A stretch of 64,000 nucleotides of DNA from Dehalococcoidia bacterium (lineage in GTDB: Bacteria; Chloroflexota; Dehalococcoidia; UBA2979), in NCBI GenBank assembly GCA_965219085.1, contig OZ244720.1, positions 2,016,001-2,080,000 of the forward strand, written 5' to 3'. Each line of letters starts with the position of its first letter. Position 1 is the stretch's first letter. This document shows, in pieces, positions 11,214 through 20,443 of this stretch. A program made the translations under genes and the position numbers. Below the pieces are notes generated by a model, which was not told where the DNA came from, made no database searches, and saw nothing but the letters and a program-made list of their open reading frames with translations.

Positions 11214-11861
11214 TCACCCTCCCGTGAGCGTCGAGGCGCGTTCGAGGATCGCCTGCGCCCGCTCGCCGTGGTCGAGCGCGCGCGCTGCCTCGTGGCCACG
11301 CTCGCTCATCTTGCGCCACGTGCGGGCGATGATCCGCGCCATCTTCTCGTCGTCGTCGATGCGCGCGGCCACCTCGGCGAACTGCGTCTCGAGGAAGACG
11401 AGGCTGAGCCCGTCCTCGAACGTCTGCACGTCCGGGTCCGTCGTCGCCGCGTCACGCGTGAGGCCCTGCTTGAGCACGATCTGGCGGACGCGCTCGATCG
11501 TCGCGTCGTCGTAGCCGGCATCGCGCAGCAGGCGCTCGGCCTCGTCGGCGTGGAACGCGCGGAGATGCGCGCGCCAGCGCAGGTAGCCGCTGCGCCCCGG
11601 CGGGAACGAGTCTCGCGGGATCGTCCAGCGCCGCACGTGGTGCGCGCGTGCCGCGAGCAGCAGCGCCTCGCTCGCCGCGGGGTCGAGGCGGCGCACCCAC
11701 GCGCCGAGCATGCGCGCGTGCGTGAGCTCCTTCGGCTGCGCCTCGCCGTCTACCTCGATGCGGTTCGGGTCGCCGGCGTTGGCGGCGTCGATGGCCGCGA
11801 CGGCGCGCTCGAAGCGTTCGTGCGGTGTCGTGGCGGGCGCGGTTGTGGGATGGTTGGTCAT
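11214..11861 (-). CDS. DUF4202-like protein
   Basis: AIDAANAGDPN, LAARAHHVRRWTIPRDSFP.GRSGYLRWR, TWRKMS; family recalled from memory. Confidence 0.75.
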   Translation of the reverse strand: MTNHPTTAPATTPHERFERAVAAIDAANAGDPNRIEVDGEAQPKELTHARMLGAWVRRLDPAASEALLLAARAHHVRRWTIPRDSFPPGRSGYLRWRAHLRAFHADEAERLLRDAGYDDATIERVRQIVLKQGLTRDAATTDPDVQTFEDGLSLVFLETQFAEVAARIDDDEKMARIIARTWRKMSERGHEAARALDHGERAQAILERASTLTGG

Positions 11862-11910
11862 GTCGAGCCCATTATGTGCCAACGGCTGCCGGTGCGAGGG
11901 GCCGGGCGCG

Positions 11911-11938
11911 TTGACACGACGGCCATCGGTGCTACGAT
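11911..11938 (+). promoter_or_regulatory. Sigma70-type promoter for sir-cysH
   Basis: TTGACA-N16-TACGAT with an extended TGn element. Confidence 0.6.
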
Positions 11939-11946
11939 CCCTGCAT

Positions 11947-11976
11947 TGTCGAGAAACTTGACCAGGTTTATCGACA
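11947..11976. promoter_or_regulatory. Palindromic operator upstream of sir
   Basis: TGTCGAGAAACTTG-AC-CAGGTTTATCGACA; 14-bp arms with 2 mismatches, AT-rich in a GC-rich background. Confidence 0.6.
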
Positions 11977-12053
11977 TTAGCCGGACAGGGCCCGGCCGAC
12001 GCTGATGCTCGGGTGAGAAGCCCCGCGACCGCCCGCTGAGGATGGAGTGCCCT

Positions 12054-13838
12054 ATGACCACCGCCACACGTACCGACCGCCCCGGCCGCGTGATCGCGAT
12101 CCTCGAGGAGGAGTTCGAGGACTTCCGCACGGAGGCCACCGAGTTCCTCGCCGAGAACCCCGAGGGCGACGACTTCACGAGGTTCCGCCTCCGCCAGGGC
12201 GTCTACGGCCAGCGCCAGCCGGACCGCCAGATGATGCGCGTGAAGCTGCCCTTCGGCGGCACCACGTCGGAGCAACTCGACGCATTCGCGGTCATCGCCG
12301 AGGACTACACGCCGCTGCGCAAGGGCCACCTCACGACGCGCGAGGCGATCCAGCTCCACCACATCCCGCTCGAACGCACCCTCGACATCATGCAGATCCT
12401 CGGTGACGCCGGACTCTCGACCCGCGAGGCCTGCGGCAACACGGTGCGCAACGTCACCGGCGACGCGTGGGCGGGCATCCGCTCCGATGAGCCCTTCGAC
12501 GTGTCGCCTTACGCGGGCGCCTTCGTGCGCTACTTCGTGCGCAGCGAGCTCACGCAGCTGCTGCCGCGCAAGTTCAAGGTCGCCTTCTCCGGCAGCGACG
12601 AGGACGCCGCCCTCACGCAGATCCACGACATCGGCTTCATCCCCGAGATCCGCGAGGTCGACGGCGTGCCTACCAAGGGCTTCAAGATGGTCGCCGGCGG
12701 CGGCCTCTCGATCATGGCCCGCCACGCCGTCGTGCTGCGCGAGTGGGTCTCCGTCGACGACTACCTGAAGGTCTCCGAGGCGGTCCTGCGCATCTTCGAC
12801 GCCGCCGACGAGCTGCGGAAGAACATCGCCAAGGCGCGCATCAAGTTCCTGGTCCACCGCGTGGGCGAGGAGGAGTTCCGGCGCATGGTCGACGAGGAGC
12901 TGGCGAAGGACTGGGCCGCCGACCGTGACGCCTCGCCCGACCCGCTGCTGTTCCTCGACGACGAGGAGGCGGACGCCCCGCCCGCACCCACGAATCCCGA
13001 GCAGCCGACCGACGCCGACCGTGCGGCGTTCGAGGAGTGGGCGCGCACCGCGGTGCGCGCGCAGCGCCAGGCCGGTTACTCGGCGATCGAGGTGAAGGTG
13101 CCGGAGGGCGACCTCAACCCCGGGCAGTTCCGTGGCCTCGCGGCGCTGCTGCGCGAGTATGGCTCGGGCCGCGCGCGCACCACGCCGTGGCAGAACATCG
13201 TGCTGCGCTGGATCCCCGACGGCAGCGTCTACACCGTCTGGAAGGGGCTGTCTGAACTCGGCCTCGGTGATGCGGGCACCCTCGAGATCGAGGACGTGGT
13301 GAGCTGCCCCGGCACCGACAGCTGCAAGCTCGGCATCACCAGCTCGATGGGGCTGAACCGCGCGATCGCGGACCGCGTGCGCGAGATGGCGGTCACCGAC
13401 CCGCTGACGCGGCGCATCCTCATCAACGCCAGCGGCTGCCCCAACTCGTGCGGGCAGCACCACATCGCGAACATCGGGTTCCACGGCGCCGCCATCAAGT
13501 CCGGCGCGCGCCAGGTGCCCGCCTACCACGTCTTCGTCGGCGGCAACCGCCGCCCCGGCGCGGACCTCGAGCTCGGCACGCTGCTCAAGGTGCGGCTCCC
13601 CGCCAAGCGGGTCCCCGACGCCGTCGAGCGCTTCGTCCGGCTCTATGAGGCCGAGCGCGAGGACGGCGAGGAGTTCAACGAGTACTTCGGGCGCGTCGGC
13701 AAGCTGCACTTCGAGGACTCGGTGCGGGATCTGACCCTGCCGCCGGAGTTCTCGCTCGACACCATGAACGAGTTCATCGACTGGGAGCGCGAGAGCATTT
13801 ACGTCCTCGAACGTGGCGAGGGCGAATGCGCGGTCTAG
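12054..13838 (+). CDS. sir: Ferredoxin-type sulfite/nitrite reductase (siroheme, 4Fe-4S)
   Basis: LPRKFK, SCPGTDSCKLG and SGCPNSCGQH cysteine motifs; adjacent to cysH. Confidence 0.9.
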   Translation: MTTATRTDRPGRVIAILEEEFEDFRTEATEFLAENPEGDDFTRFRLRQGVYGQRQPDRQMMRVKLPFGGTTSEQLDAFAVIAEDYTPLRKGHLTTREAIQLHHIPLERTLDIMQILGDAGLSTREACGNTVRNVTGDAWAGIRSDEPFDVSPYAGAFVRYFVRSELTQLLPRKFKVAFSGSDEDAALTQIHDIGFIPEIREVDGVPTKGFKMVAGGGLSIMARHAVVLREWVSVDDYLKVSEAVLRIFDAADELRKNIAKARIKFLVHRVGEEEFRRMVDEELAKDWAADRDASPDPLLFLDDEEADAPPAPTNPEQPTDADRAAFEEWARTAVRAQRQAGYSAIEVKVPEGDLNPGQFRGLAALLREYGSGRARTTPWQNIVLRWIPDGSVYTVWKGLSELGLGDAGTLEIEDVVSCPGTDSCKLGITSSMGLNRAIADRVREMAVTDPLTRRILINASGCPNSCGQHHIANIGFHGAAIKSGARQVPAYHVFVGGNRRPGADLELGTLLKVRLPAKRVPDAVERFVRLYEAEREDGEEFNEYFGRVGKLHFEDSVRDLTLPPEFSLDTMNEFIDWERESIYVLERGEGECAV

Positions 13839-13872
13839 CGCGATCACTACGCAGCATCGGAAAGGCGGCGGC

Positions 13873-14655
13873 GTGACGACATCAACGGGCGGGCACCAGG
13901 TGGTACGAGGCAGCAGGGGCGATGAGACGCCGACCGGCCGCCTGGCCGTGCCCATCGACTATGCCGAGGCGGAGATCATCCGCGTCGCCAACGAGGAGCT
14001 CGATCGCGCCGGCCCCGGCGACATCCTCAGCTGGGCCGTCGACCGCTACGGCGAGGGCCTGACGCTGGCGTGCTCCTTCGGCGGCACGTCCGGGATGGCG
14101 CTGGTCGACATGGTGCAGCGCCTCCAGCCCTCGACCGAGGTGTTCTACATCGACACCGACTACCTGTTCCCGGAGACGCACGACACGATCCGGGCGGCAC
14201 GGCTGCACTGGCCCAAGGTCAACATCGTCGGCTACGGTCCGGAGCTGACCACGGAGGGGCAGATCGAGCTGCACGGCCCCGCGCTGTGGGATCGCGACCC
14301 GGACCTCTGCTGCGACATCCGCAAGGTCGAGCCGAACCGCGAGGCCCTGCGCGGCAAGCGCGCATGGGTCTCCGGCCTCCGCCGCGACCAGACCGGCCGC
14401 GAGGAGACCCCGGCGGTGCAGTGGGATGAGAAGTTCGGGCTGGTCAAGGTCAACCCGCTCATCAACTGGAGCGAGAAGTTGCTCTGGTCGTACATCTTCG
14501 AGCGCGGGCTGCCCTACAACCTGCTCCTCGACCGCGGCTTCCCGAGCATCGGCTGCACGAACTGCACGCGCGCCATCCAGCCGGGCGAGGACCCGCGCGC
14601 CGGCCGCTGGTCGGGCTTCGACAAGCTGGAGTGCGGACTGCACACGACCTCCTGA
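13873..14655 (+). CDS. cysH: APS/PAPS reductase (Fe-S, CC...CxxC type)
   Basis: SFG, DTDYLFPET, CCDIRKVEP, SIGCTNCT, C-terminal ECGLH. Confidence 0.93.
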   Translation: MTTSTGGHQVVRGSRGDETPTGRLAVPIDYAEAEIIRVANEELDRAGPGDILSWAVDRYGEGLTLACSFGGTSGMALVDMVQRLQPSTEVFYIDTDYLFPETHDTIRAARLHWPKVNIVGYGPELTTEGQIELHGPALWDRDPDLCCDIRKVEPNREALRGKRAWVSGLRRDQTGREETPAVQWDEKFGLVKVNPLINWSEKLLWSYIFERGLPYNLLLDRGFPSIGCTNCTRAIQPGEDPRAGRWSGFDKLECGLHTTS

Positions 14656-14673
14656 CGCCCGCTCGTGCTACCT

Positions 14674-14699
14674 CAACAGCCCGCTTCGGCGGGCTGTTG
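14674..14699. terminator. Hairpin terminator after cysH
   Basis: CAACAGCCCGC-TTCG-GCGGGCTGTTG, perfect 11-bp stem. Confidence 0.75.
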
Positions 14700-14778
14700 T
14701 GCGTTCGGCGGGTGCATACGTAACGTGATAATCAGACAAGGAAGTATAGTTGTCGCAGACGTGTATACTGGTGCCCGA

Positions 14779-15138
14779 ATGGCGGCGGGAAGCTGGGCGA
14801 GCGACGTGACCACCGAGGCATTCGACGCACGCGATGTCTTCGCCACGAAGGCCGACCTCTTCGCAACGAGGGCCGAGCTCAAGGACGAGATCGCCGCGCT
14901 GCGTGTCGAGGTCAAGGAGGAGATTGCGGCGCTGCGTGTCGAGGTCAAGGACGAGATCGCCGCGCTGCGTGTCGAGGTCAAGGAGGAGATCGGCGCACTC
15001 CGGGCGGAGATGCAAGCGGAGATCGGCGCGCTCCGCGCGGAGATGCATCAGATGGAAGCACGCCTGATTCGCTGGATGGCCGGTGCCCTCATCGGCGGGA
15101 TGGTTGCTGCTGCCACCATCTCGCGCCTCGTCGCCTGA
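14779..15138 (+). CDS. Coiled-coil repeat protein with C-terminal TM anchor (DUF1640/CCDC90-like)
   Basis: FATKADL motif, 11-aa repeats (KDEIAALRVEV), LIRWMAG followed by a hydrophobic tail. Confidence 0.7.
   Translation: MAAGSWASDVTTEAFDARDVFATKADLFATRAELKDEIAALRVEVKEEIAALRVEVKDEIAALRVEVKEEIGALRAEMQAEIGALRAEMHQMEARLIRWMAGALIGGMVAAATISRLVA
14881..15045 (+). repeat. 33-bp coding tandem repeat, about 5 units
   Basis: AAGGA(C/G)GAGAT(C/T)GC(C/G)GCGCTGCGTGTCGAGGTC three times plus two diverged units. Confidence 0.9.
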
Positions 15139-15166
15139 CGCCCGCTCCCCCCGCTAAGCTTGGGGC

Positions 15167-16132
15167 GTGACGAAGCTGCTGCCCGGCACCGCATCCTGGA
15201 CCGACAAGCCCCTCATCGAGGGCGGGCGCTTCTATCCGCCCGAGGCGAAGTCCGCCGAGGCGCGACTGCGCTACTACGCCACGCAGTTCCCGCTCGTCGA
15301 GGTCGACGCGCCCTACTACGGCCTGCCGACCGTCGCGCAGGCCGAGCGCTGGGTGGAGCGAACGCCGCCGGGTTTCACGTTCGACGTGAAGGCGTACTCG
15401 CTGTTCAGCGAGCACCCGACGCCCGTCGCGCGGCTCCCGAAGGCGATCCAGGCTGAACTCCCGCCCGACCTGCGCATGAAGCGCCAGTTCTACCGCCGCG
15501 ACGCCCCCGGGGACCTGTGCTGGTCGACTTACCTCGACGCGCTGCTGCCGCTGCACGATGCCGGCAAGCTCGGCGTGATCGTGCTGCAGTTCCCGCGCTG
15601 GGTGACGCCCAACCGCCGCAGCCACGCGTACCTCGAGGAGGTGCGCGAGCGGCTCGGCCACTACCGCGGCGCCGTCGAGTTCCGCAACCACCGCTGGCTC
15701 GACGCCGAGCACCGCGAGTCGACGCTTGCGCTGCTCGGCGACCTCGAGCTGGCGTTCATCTGCGTCGACGAGCCGCAGGGGTTCGACAGCTCCGTCCCGC
15801 CGGTCGCGGCGGCCACGACCGAGCTCGCGTTCGTGCGCTTCCACGGCCGCAACGCCGCGATGTGGGAGGCGAGTACGCGCACGTCCTCGGAGCGCTTCGA
15901 CTACTACTACGAAGCGGCCGAGCTGGACGAGTGGACGCCCCGCATCCGCTCGCTCGCCGAGGAGGCAAACGAGGTGCACCTGGTGGTCAACACCAACAAC
16001 TTCGACCAGGGGCCGGTCAACGCACGCCTGCTCGCCGAGCGCCTCTCCGAGGTCGGCCTCGACACGGCGCCCGGCTTCGACCCCACACCCGCCGAGCCAC
16101 CCGCCCCCTCCGGGCAGGGCCGCCTCCTGTAA
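15167..16132 (+). CDS. DUF72 family protein
   Basis: GTASW, YATQFPLVEVDAPYY, LQFP, AVEFR, VRFHGRN, RFDYYY. Confidence 0.9.
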   Translation: MTKLLPGTASWTDKPLIEGGRFYPPEAKSAEARLRYYATQFPLVEVDAPYYGLPTVAQAERWVERTPPGFTFDVKAYSLFSEHPTPVARLPKAIQAELPPDLRMKRQFYRRDAPGDLCWSTYLDALLPLHDAGKLGVIVLQFPRWVTPNRRSHAYLEEVRERLGHYRGAVEFRNHRWLDAEHRESTLALLGDLELAFICVDEPQGFDSSVPPVAAATTELAFVRFHGRNAAMWEASTRTSSERFDYYYEAAELDEWTPRIRSLAEEANEVHLVVNTNNFDQGPVNARLLAERLSEVGLDTAPGFDPTPAEPPAPSGQGRLL

Positions 16133-16173
16133 GATCGCCGAGGCGCTCCCACGGCGCGCACGGGATGCTTGCG

Positions 16174-17196
16174 ATGATTGAGCATCGGGTCCGGCTGCAC
16201 TCACGGCGCGAGGCGCTGCGCCTCGTCGCGCTGAGCGGCGTCGCGCTCCTCGCCGCCTGCTCGCGATCGGCTGCGCCACCAGGTGACGACGGGCGCCCCA
16301 GCGAGCCGGCGCCGCCCGTGGTCGCCTCGGCGCCCTCGCCGGCTCCGACCCCGCCAGCGACCGCGACGCCGACACTCACTCCGACGCCTACCGTCACTCC
16401 GCCGCCGCCTCGCGGCCGCGACGAAGTCGCTCTCATGGCCGGCACGGAGTGGGAGACGCCGCTGGTGGTGACACACAGCGGCGTCGAGGGCCCGACGCTG
16501 CTTGTCCTCGGTGGCGTGCACGGCAACGAGCCCGGCGGCTGGTTCGCCGCCGACGGCATCGCCGGGTGGGAGCCCGCGCGCGGCAGCCTGCTCGTGGCCC
16601 CTCGCGCGAACGTCGTCGCCATCGGGCTGTTCCAGCGCACCACGGAGGCGCTCGGCGACCTCAACCGCCTCTACCCGGGCTCACTCGACGCCGAACTACC
16701 GATGGCGCGCATGGCCGCGCACATCGTCGACGTCGCACGGCGCTACGAGGTCGACGTGGTGCTCGACCTCCACGAGTCGTGGGGGTTCTACGCCGAGCGC
16801 GGCGAGAACCAGGGGACGGCGTTCCTCGGCCAGACGATCACGACCGGGCCGGCGCGCGACCGAGTCCCCTTCGCGCGGCTCATCGCCGGGCGCGTCAACC
16901 GGGAGATCGAGGTGGAGCGCGAGCTGATGGTGCCGCGCGATTGGACGCAATGGCCCACGTCCGTCACCGACGAGGAGTTGGCCGCCGGCGCCCCCGAGGC
17001 CGCCATGGCGTCCGCGCTCGCGCGCACGCGCTGGCGGCCGGGCCGTTGGAGCAGCTCGCTGTCCCTCGGACGTATCGTGCCGGGGGTGCTCCCTGTGCTC
17101 GTCGAGATGGGGCAGGACCACCAGGCCGTCGAGCGCCGCGTCGAACTGCACCAACTCGTCGTTCAGAACACGATGGAGCTGCTGCGCATGGCGTAG
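16174..17196 (+). CDS. Succinylglutamate desuccinylase/aspartoacylase (M14-like) Tat lipoprotein
   Basis: SRREAL twin-arginine, LAAC lipobox, PT-rich linker, GGVHGNE, DLNRLYPG, DLHES. Confidence 0.85.
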   Translation: MIEHRVRLHSRREALRLVALSGVALLAACSRSAAPPGDDGRPSEPAPPVVASAPSPAPTPPATATPTLTPTPTVTPPPPRGRDEVALMAGTEWETPLVVTHSGVEGPTLLVLGGVHGNEPGGWFAADGIAGWEPARGSLLVAPRANVVAIGLFQRTTEALGDLNRLYPGSLDAELPMARMAAHIVDVARRYEVDVVLDLHESWGFYAERGENQGTAFLGQTITTGPARDRVPFARLIAGRVNREIEVERELMVPRDWTQWPTSVTDEELAAGAPEAAMASALARTRWRPGRWSSSLSLGRIVPGVLPVLVEMGQDHQAVERRVELHQLVVQNTMELLRMA

Positions 17197-17199
17197 CGT

Positions 17200-18138
17200 T
17201 TACGACACGACTGGAAGCGCCCTTAACAGCCCCTCGACGCCTTCACGCAGCTCGCCGATCCCGTCGTCGCCGAGCACCGCCCACGGCGCGAAGAACCACT
17301 CGTCCGTCTGCCCCTCGACGGCGTCGCGCAGGGCTTGCCCCTCAGGCGTGGTGCGGTACGCGCCACCCTCGGCGGCCACGAGCCAGCCCCGCGCCTCGAG
17401 GTCGGCGAGGGCACGCGCGTAGAACGCCGCGTCGTACCCACGGAACGCGGCGGCCGAAGCGATCGCCTCCGCCGTCCGCGCCTCGCCGGCCCAGACGTGC
17501 GAGAAGGCGTTCCACAGCCCGCCCTCCGTCGATGGATCGACGTGGGCGCTCCACGCCGCGAGGTGCACGTCGTCGCGGTAGGCGAGGCAGTCCAGCGCCG
17601 CCTCGCGGATCCGGCCGGGGAGCGGTGTGTGGGCGCTCGCGGTGCGGAAGCGGCGCTCGGCGCCCCAGCGCGCCGGCGGTTCGGGCGCGGCGAGGTTCGC
17701 CGCGGCGATCGCCGCGAGCAGCTCGTGGGTGCGCGCGAGGTCGGCGTCCGGCATCGCCACGACCGCGCCGAGGCGCGCGTCGCCGGCCTCGCCGAGCGCG
17801 CGCACCGCCTCCCGCGCGTGCGGCAACACGACGTAACGAGTGGCCATGGGGTCGCCGCCGCGTTCGACCTCCTTGAGCCAACCCCCGGCGGCGAGGCGGG
17901 CGAACTCCGCGGCGAAGCCCTCGGGCCGCGTGTACGGGTCGCGGCCCTGGGCCTCGTCGACGGACAGCGTGTCGAGGCCGATCTCGGCGTAGTCGTACAG
18001 CGCGAGCGGGATGGCGCGCTCCGCGGCGAGGGCGTCGATGGCCGGGCGCGCGACGCGCCACAGCTCGAAGACAGCCGTCTCGACGAGCGACCATGTGCCG
18101 GCGAGGGGGTGCGGGTCGTGGGTGGGTGAGGTGGTCAG
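17200..18138 (-). CDS. Hypothetical protein (SCO6745-like C-terminus), probably CTG-initiated
   Basis: The ORF from 17847 extends in frame, without stops and with coding-like codons, to CTG at 18138; AGGA lies 8 nt upstream; ends TPEGQALRDAVEGQTD...PWAVLG. Confidence 0.65.
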   Translation of the reverse strand: MTTSPTHDPHPLAGTWSLVETAVFELWRVARPAIDALAAERAIPLALYDYAEIGLDTLSVDEAQGRDPYTRPEGFAAEFARLAAGGWLKEVERGGDPMATRYVVLPHAREAVRALGEAGDARLGAVVAMPDADLARTHELLAAIAAANLAAPEPPARWGAERRFRTASAHTPLPGRIREAALDCLAYRDDVHLAAWSAHVDPSTEGGLWNAFSHVWAGEARTAEAIASAAAFRGYDAAFYARALADLEARGWLVAAEGGAYRTTPEGQALRDAVEGQTDEWFFAPWAVLGDDGIGELREGVEGLLRALPVVS

Positions 18139-18148
18139 CCGGGCCGTC

Positions 18149-19477
18149 CTACGTGCTGACGCGGCGGACGATCTCGTACGTCAGCTCGGTGCCCATCTCC
18201 ATGTTGTCGAGGGTGAGGAACTCGTTGTGGGCGTGGAGACCCGCGAGCTCCTCGGCGCTGAGCAGGCAGGGGATGAAGCCGTACGCCGGGATGCCGAACT
18301 CGCGCAGGAAGCGGTTGTCGGTGGCGAACGTGGCGAGGCCCGGCACGACGATGGCGTCCTCGACGGCCGAGGTCATGGTGTCACGGATGGCGTGGAACAA
18401 CTCGCTGTCCCAGTCCGACGGGTTGGCGCCGTAGACATCACGCGCCTCGGGCTCAACCTCGACGAGCGGGTCACCGATCTGCTCGCGCACCGCTTCCATC
18501 CAGCCCTCGATGTTCTCGCCGGGCAGGAGCCGGCAGTCGAGGACGGCCTCGGCGCGCGGCGGGATCACGTTCGCCTTGATGCCCGCCTCCACCATCGTGA
18601 CGTTGAGCGTGTGCATGAACATCGCGTGCGAGCCGGGATTGGAGCGCAGCGCGGCCTCGAGGGCGCCCCGGTCGGCGGGATCGGGCAGAATGCCGGCCTC
18701 GGCGAGCCGTTCGACGAGCGCCGTCGTGCCGGGCGTGAACGTGAGGCCGCGGTCCCACTCCGCGAGGCGCAGCAATGCGCTCAGCAGGCGCACCGCCGGG
18801 TTCTCGGTCGTAGGCAGGCTGCCGTGGCCGCCGGGGCCGGTGGCGCGCAGCCGCAGCCAGGCGACGCCCTTCTCGTCGATGGTCGGCATGAAGATGCGGC
18901 CTTCACGGCCCGCGAACTCGGTGATGCCGCCGACACCCTCGTTGAGTGCGAATTCGATGCCGTCAAGGAGCTCGGGGCGGCGGCGGATGACCCAGCGGAT
19001 GCCGCGGATGCTGCCGGCCTCCTCGTCCGGCACGCCGAGGAACACCACGTCACGTCGCAGCGGGACGCCGAGGCGATGCAGCAGCAGCACCGTCATCAGC
19101 TGCATCACCGCGGCGCCCTTCATGTCGAGCGCGCCGCGGCCGTAGATGCGGCCGTCCCGCACGACGCCCTCGAAGGGCGGCATGTCCCAGGACTCCTCCT
19201 CGACCGGCACGACGTCGAGATGGTTCCCGAGCAGCAACGCGCCGCCCTTGCTGCCGTCGCCGCGCAGGCGCGTCATCACCAGCTCGCGGTTGGGGTGCGT
19301 CTCGATGTAGTCGCACTCCAGGCCCTCGGCTTCGAGGATGGCGCCGAGGAAGCGCGCCGCGGGGGCCTCGTTGCCCGGCGGGTTCGAGGTGTCGATCCGG
19401 ATGTAGCGCTGGAGGATGTCGAGCGCCTCGGCGTGGACCGCTCGCCAGTCGATCGCGCCCGCAGCCTGTTCCGCCAT
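18149..19477 (-). CDS. M20/M25/M40 family metallo-hydrolase
   Basis: HLDVVP, GRGALDMKG, DEE, GHGS, TD.RF, HAHNE. Confidence 0.92.
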   Translation of the reverse strand: MAEQAAGAIDWRAVHAEALDILQRYIRIDTSNPPGNEAPAARFLGAILEAEGLECDYIETHPNRELVMTRLRGDGSKGGALLLGNHLDVVPVEEESWDMPPFEGVVRDGRIYGRGALDMKGAAVMQLMTVLLLHRLGVPLRRDVVFLGVPDEEAGSIRGIRWVIRRRPELLDGIEFALNEGVGGITEFAGREGRIFMPTIDEKGVAWLRLRATGPGGHGSLPTTENPAVRLLSALLRLAEWDRGLTFTPGTTALVERLAEAGILPDPADRGALEAALRSNPGSHAMFMHTLNVTMVEAGIKANVIPPRAEAVLDCRLLPGENIEGWMEAVREQIGDPLVEVEPEARDVYGANPSDWDSELFHAIRDTMTSAVEDAIVVPGLATFATDNRFLREFGIPAYGFIPCLLSAEELAGLHAHNEFLTLDNMEMGTELTYEIVRRVST

Positions 19478-19523
19478 CGTGTCCCGCCCGCCCGTGCTGC
19501 CGAGGTGTGCCGTCGAGGCGGCG

Positions 19524-20378
19524 CTAGAAGATGACGTTCATCAGCCGGCCGCGGTAGCGCGCCGCGAGTTCGTGCGTGTCGCCGAGCACCGCGAAGGCGT
19601 CGAGCATACGTAGCCGCCCGCCGTCCTCGTCGAGCTCGCGGTCGAGGCGCACCGTCGCGAGCAGGTGCTCGAGCGCGTCCTGCCACTCGCCCGCGACGGC
19701 GAGCACCGCGCCGAGGTGGTAGCGCGCCTCGGCGTCGTTCTCGTCGGCGGCAACGCGCGCCTCAAGGGCGGCGCGGTCCTTGCCGGCCGCCAGCTCGGCC
19801 AGGCCGATGCGGCCGAGTGCTCGCCGGGCGCGGGGGTCGTGCTCGTAGGGCGCGGCCAGCTCGCGCGCGCGCGCGGTGTCAGCCGCGTCGCCGCTCGCGG
19901 AGAGGATGTCGGCGAGTTCGAGCGCGGCATCCAGATGGTTCGGGTCGCCGGCGATCACCAACTCGAGCTGCTCGCGCGCGGCCGCGTCGTCGCCGAGGGC
20001 GCGGAAGCGCTGCGCCGCGGTCATGGCATGGTCGGCTTGCGAGGGCACGAGGATGTCGAAGAACGCCCGCACGTGCTCCTCGGGCTGTACCCCGGCGAAC
20101 TCGCTGGTGACGCCGCCGCCCTCGAAGGCCTTCACCGCGGGGATGCTCTGGATGCCGTACTGCTGGGTCACCATCGGGTTCTGGTCGATGTTGACCTTCA
20201 CGAGCTGTACGCGACCGGCGTACTCGTTCGCGATCTTCTCGAGCGTCGGGCTGAGGATGTGGCACGGCTCGCACCACGCCGCCCAGAAGTCGACGATGAC
20301 GGGCATCTGGTGCGAGCGCTGAATGACGACGTCGGTGAAGTTCGCGTCGGTGGCTTCGAGCACGGCTCCGGTGGTCAT
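19524..20378 (-). CDS. Thioredoxin-TPR co-chaperone (YbbN/CnoX-like)
   Basis: DFWAAWCEPC thioredoxin domain plus helical TPR C-terminus ending YRGRLMNVIF. Confidence 0.88.
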   Translation of the reverse strand: MTTGAVLEATDANFTDVVIQRSHQMPVIVDFWAAWCEPCHILSPTLEKIANEYAGRVQLVKVNIDQNPMVTQQYGIQSIPAVKAFEGGGVTSEFAGVQPEEHVRAFFDILVPSQADHAMTAAQRFRALGDDAAAREQLELVIAGDPNHLDAALELADILSASGDAADTARARELAAPYEHDPRARRALGRIGLAELAAGKDRAALEARVAADENDAEARYHLGAVLAVAGEWQDALEHLLATVRLDRELDEDGGRLRMLDAFAVLGDTHELAARYRGRLMNVIF

Positions 20379-20443
20379 CGTTCTCCTCCCTCGCGCACCG
20401 CTCAGGGTAGCGCGCGCCGGGCGCTGGATCAGTCCGCCCGCCC

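Noticed and set aside
11862-13955. 913-aa minus-strand ORF and other long antisense ORFs (e.g. 24778-27441, 21436-23430, 57716-59263)
   Set aside because: Shadow frames of high-GC genes with no motifs; only 11214-11861 of the 913-aa ORF appears real.
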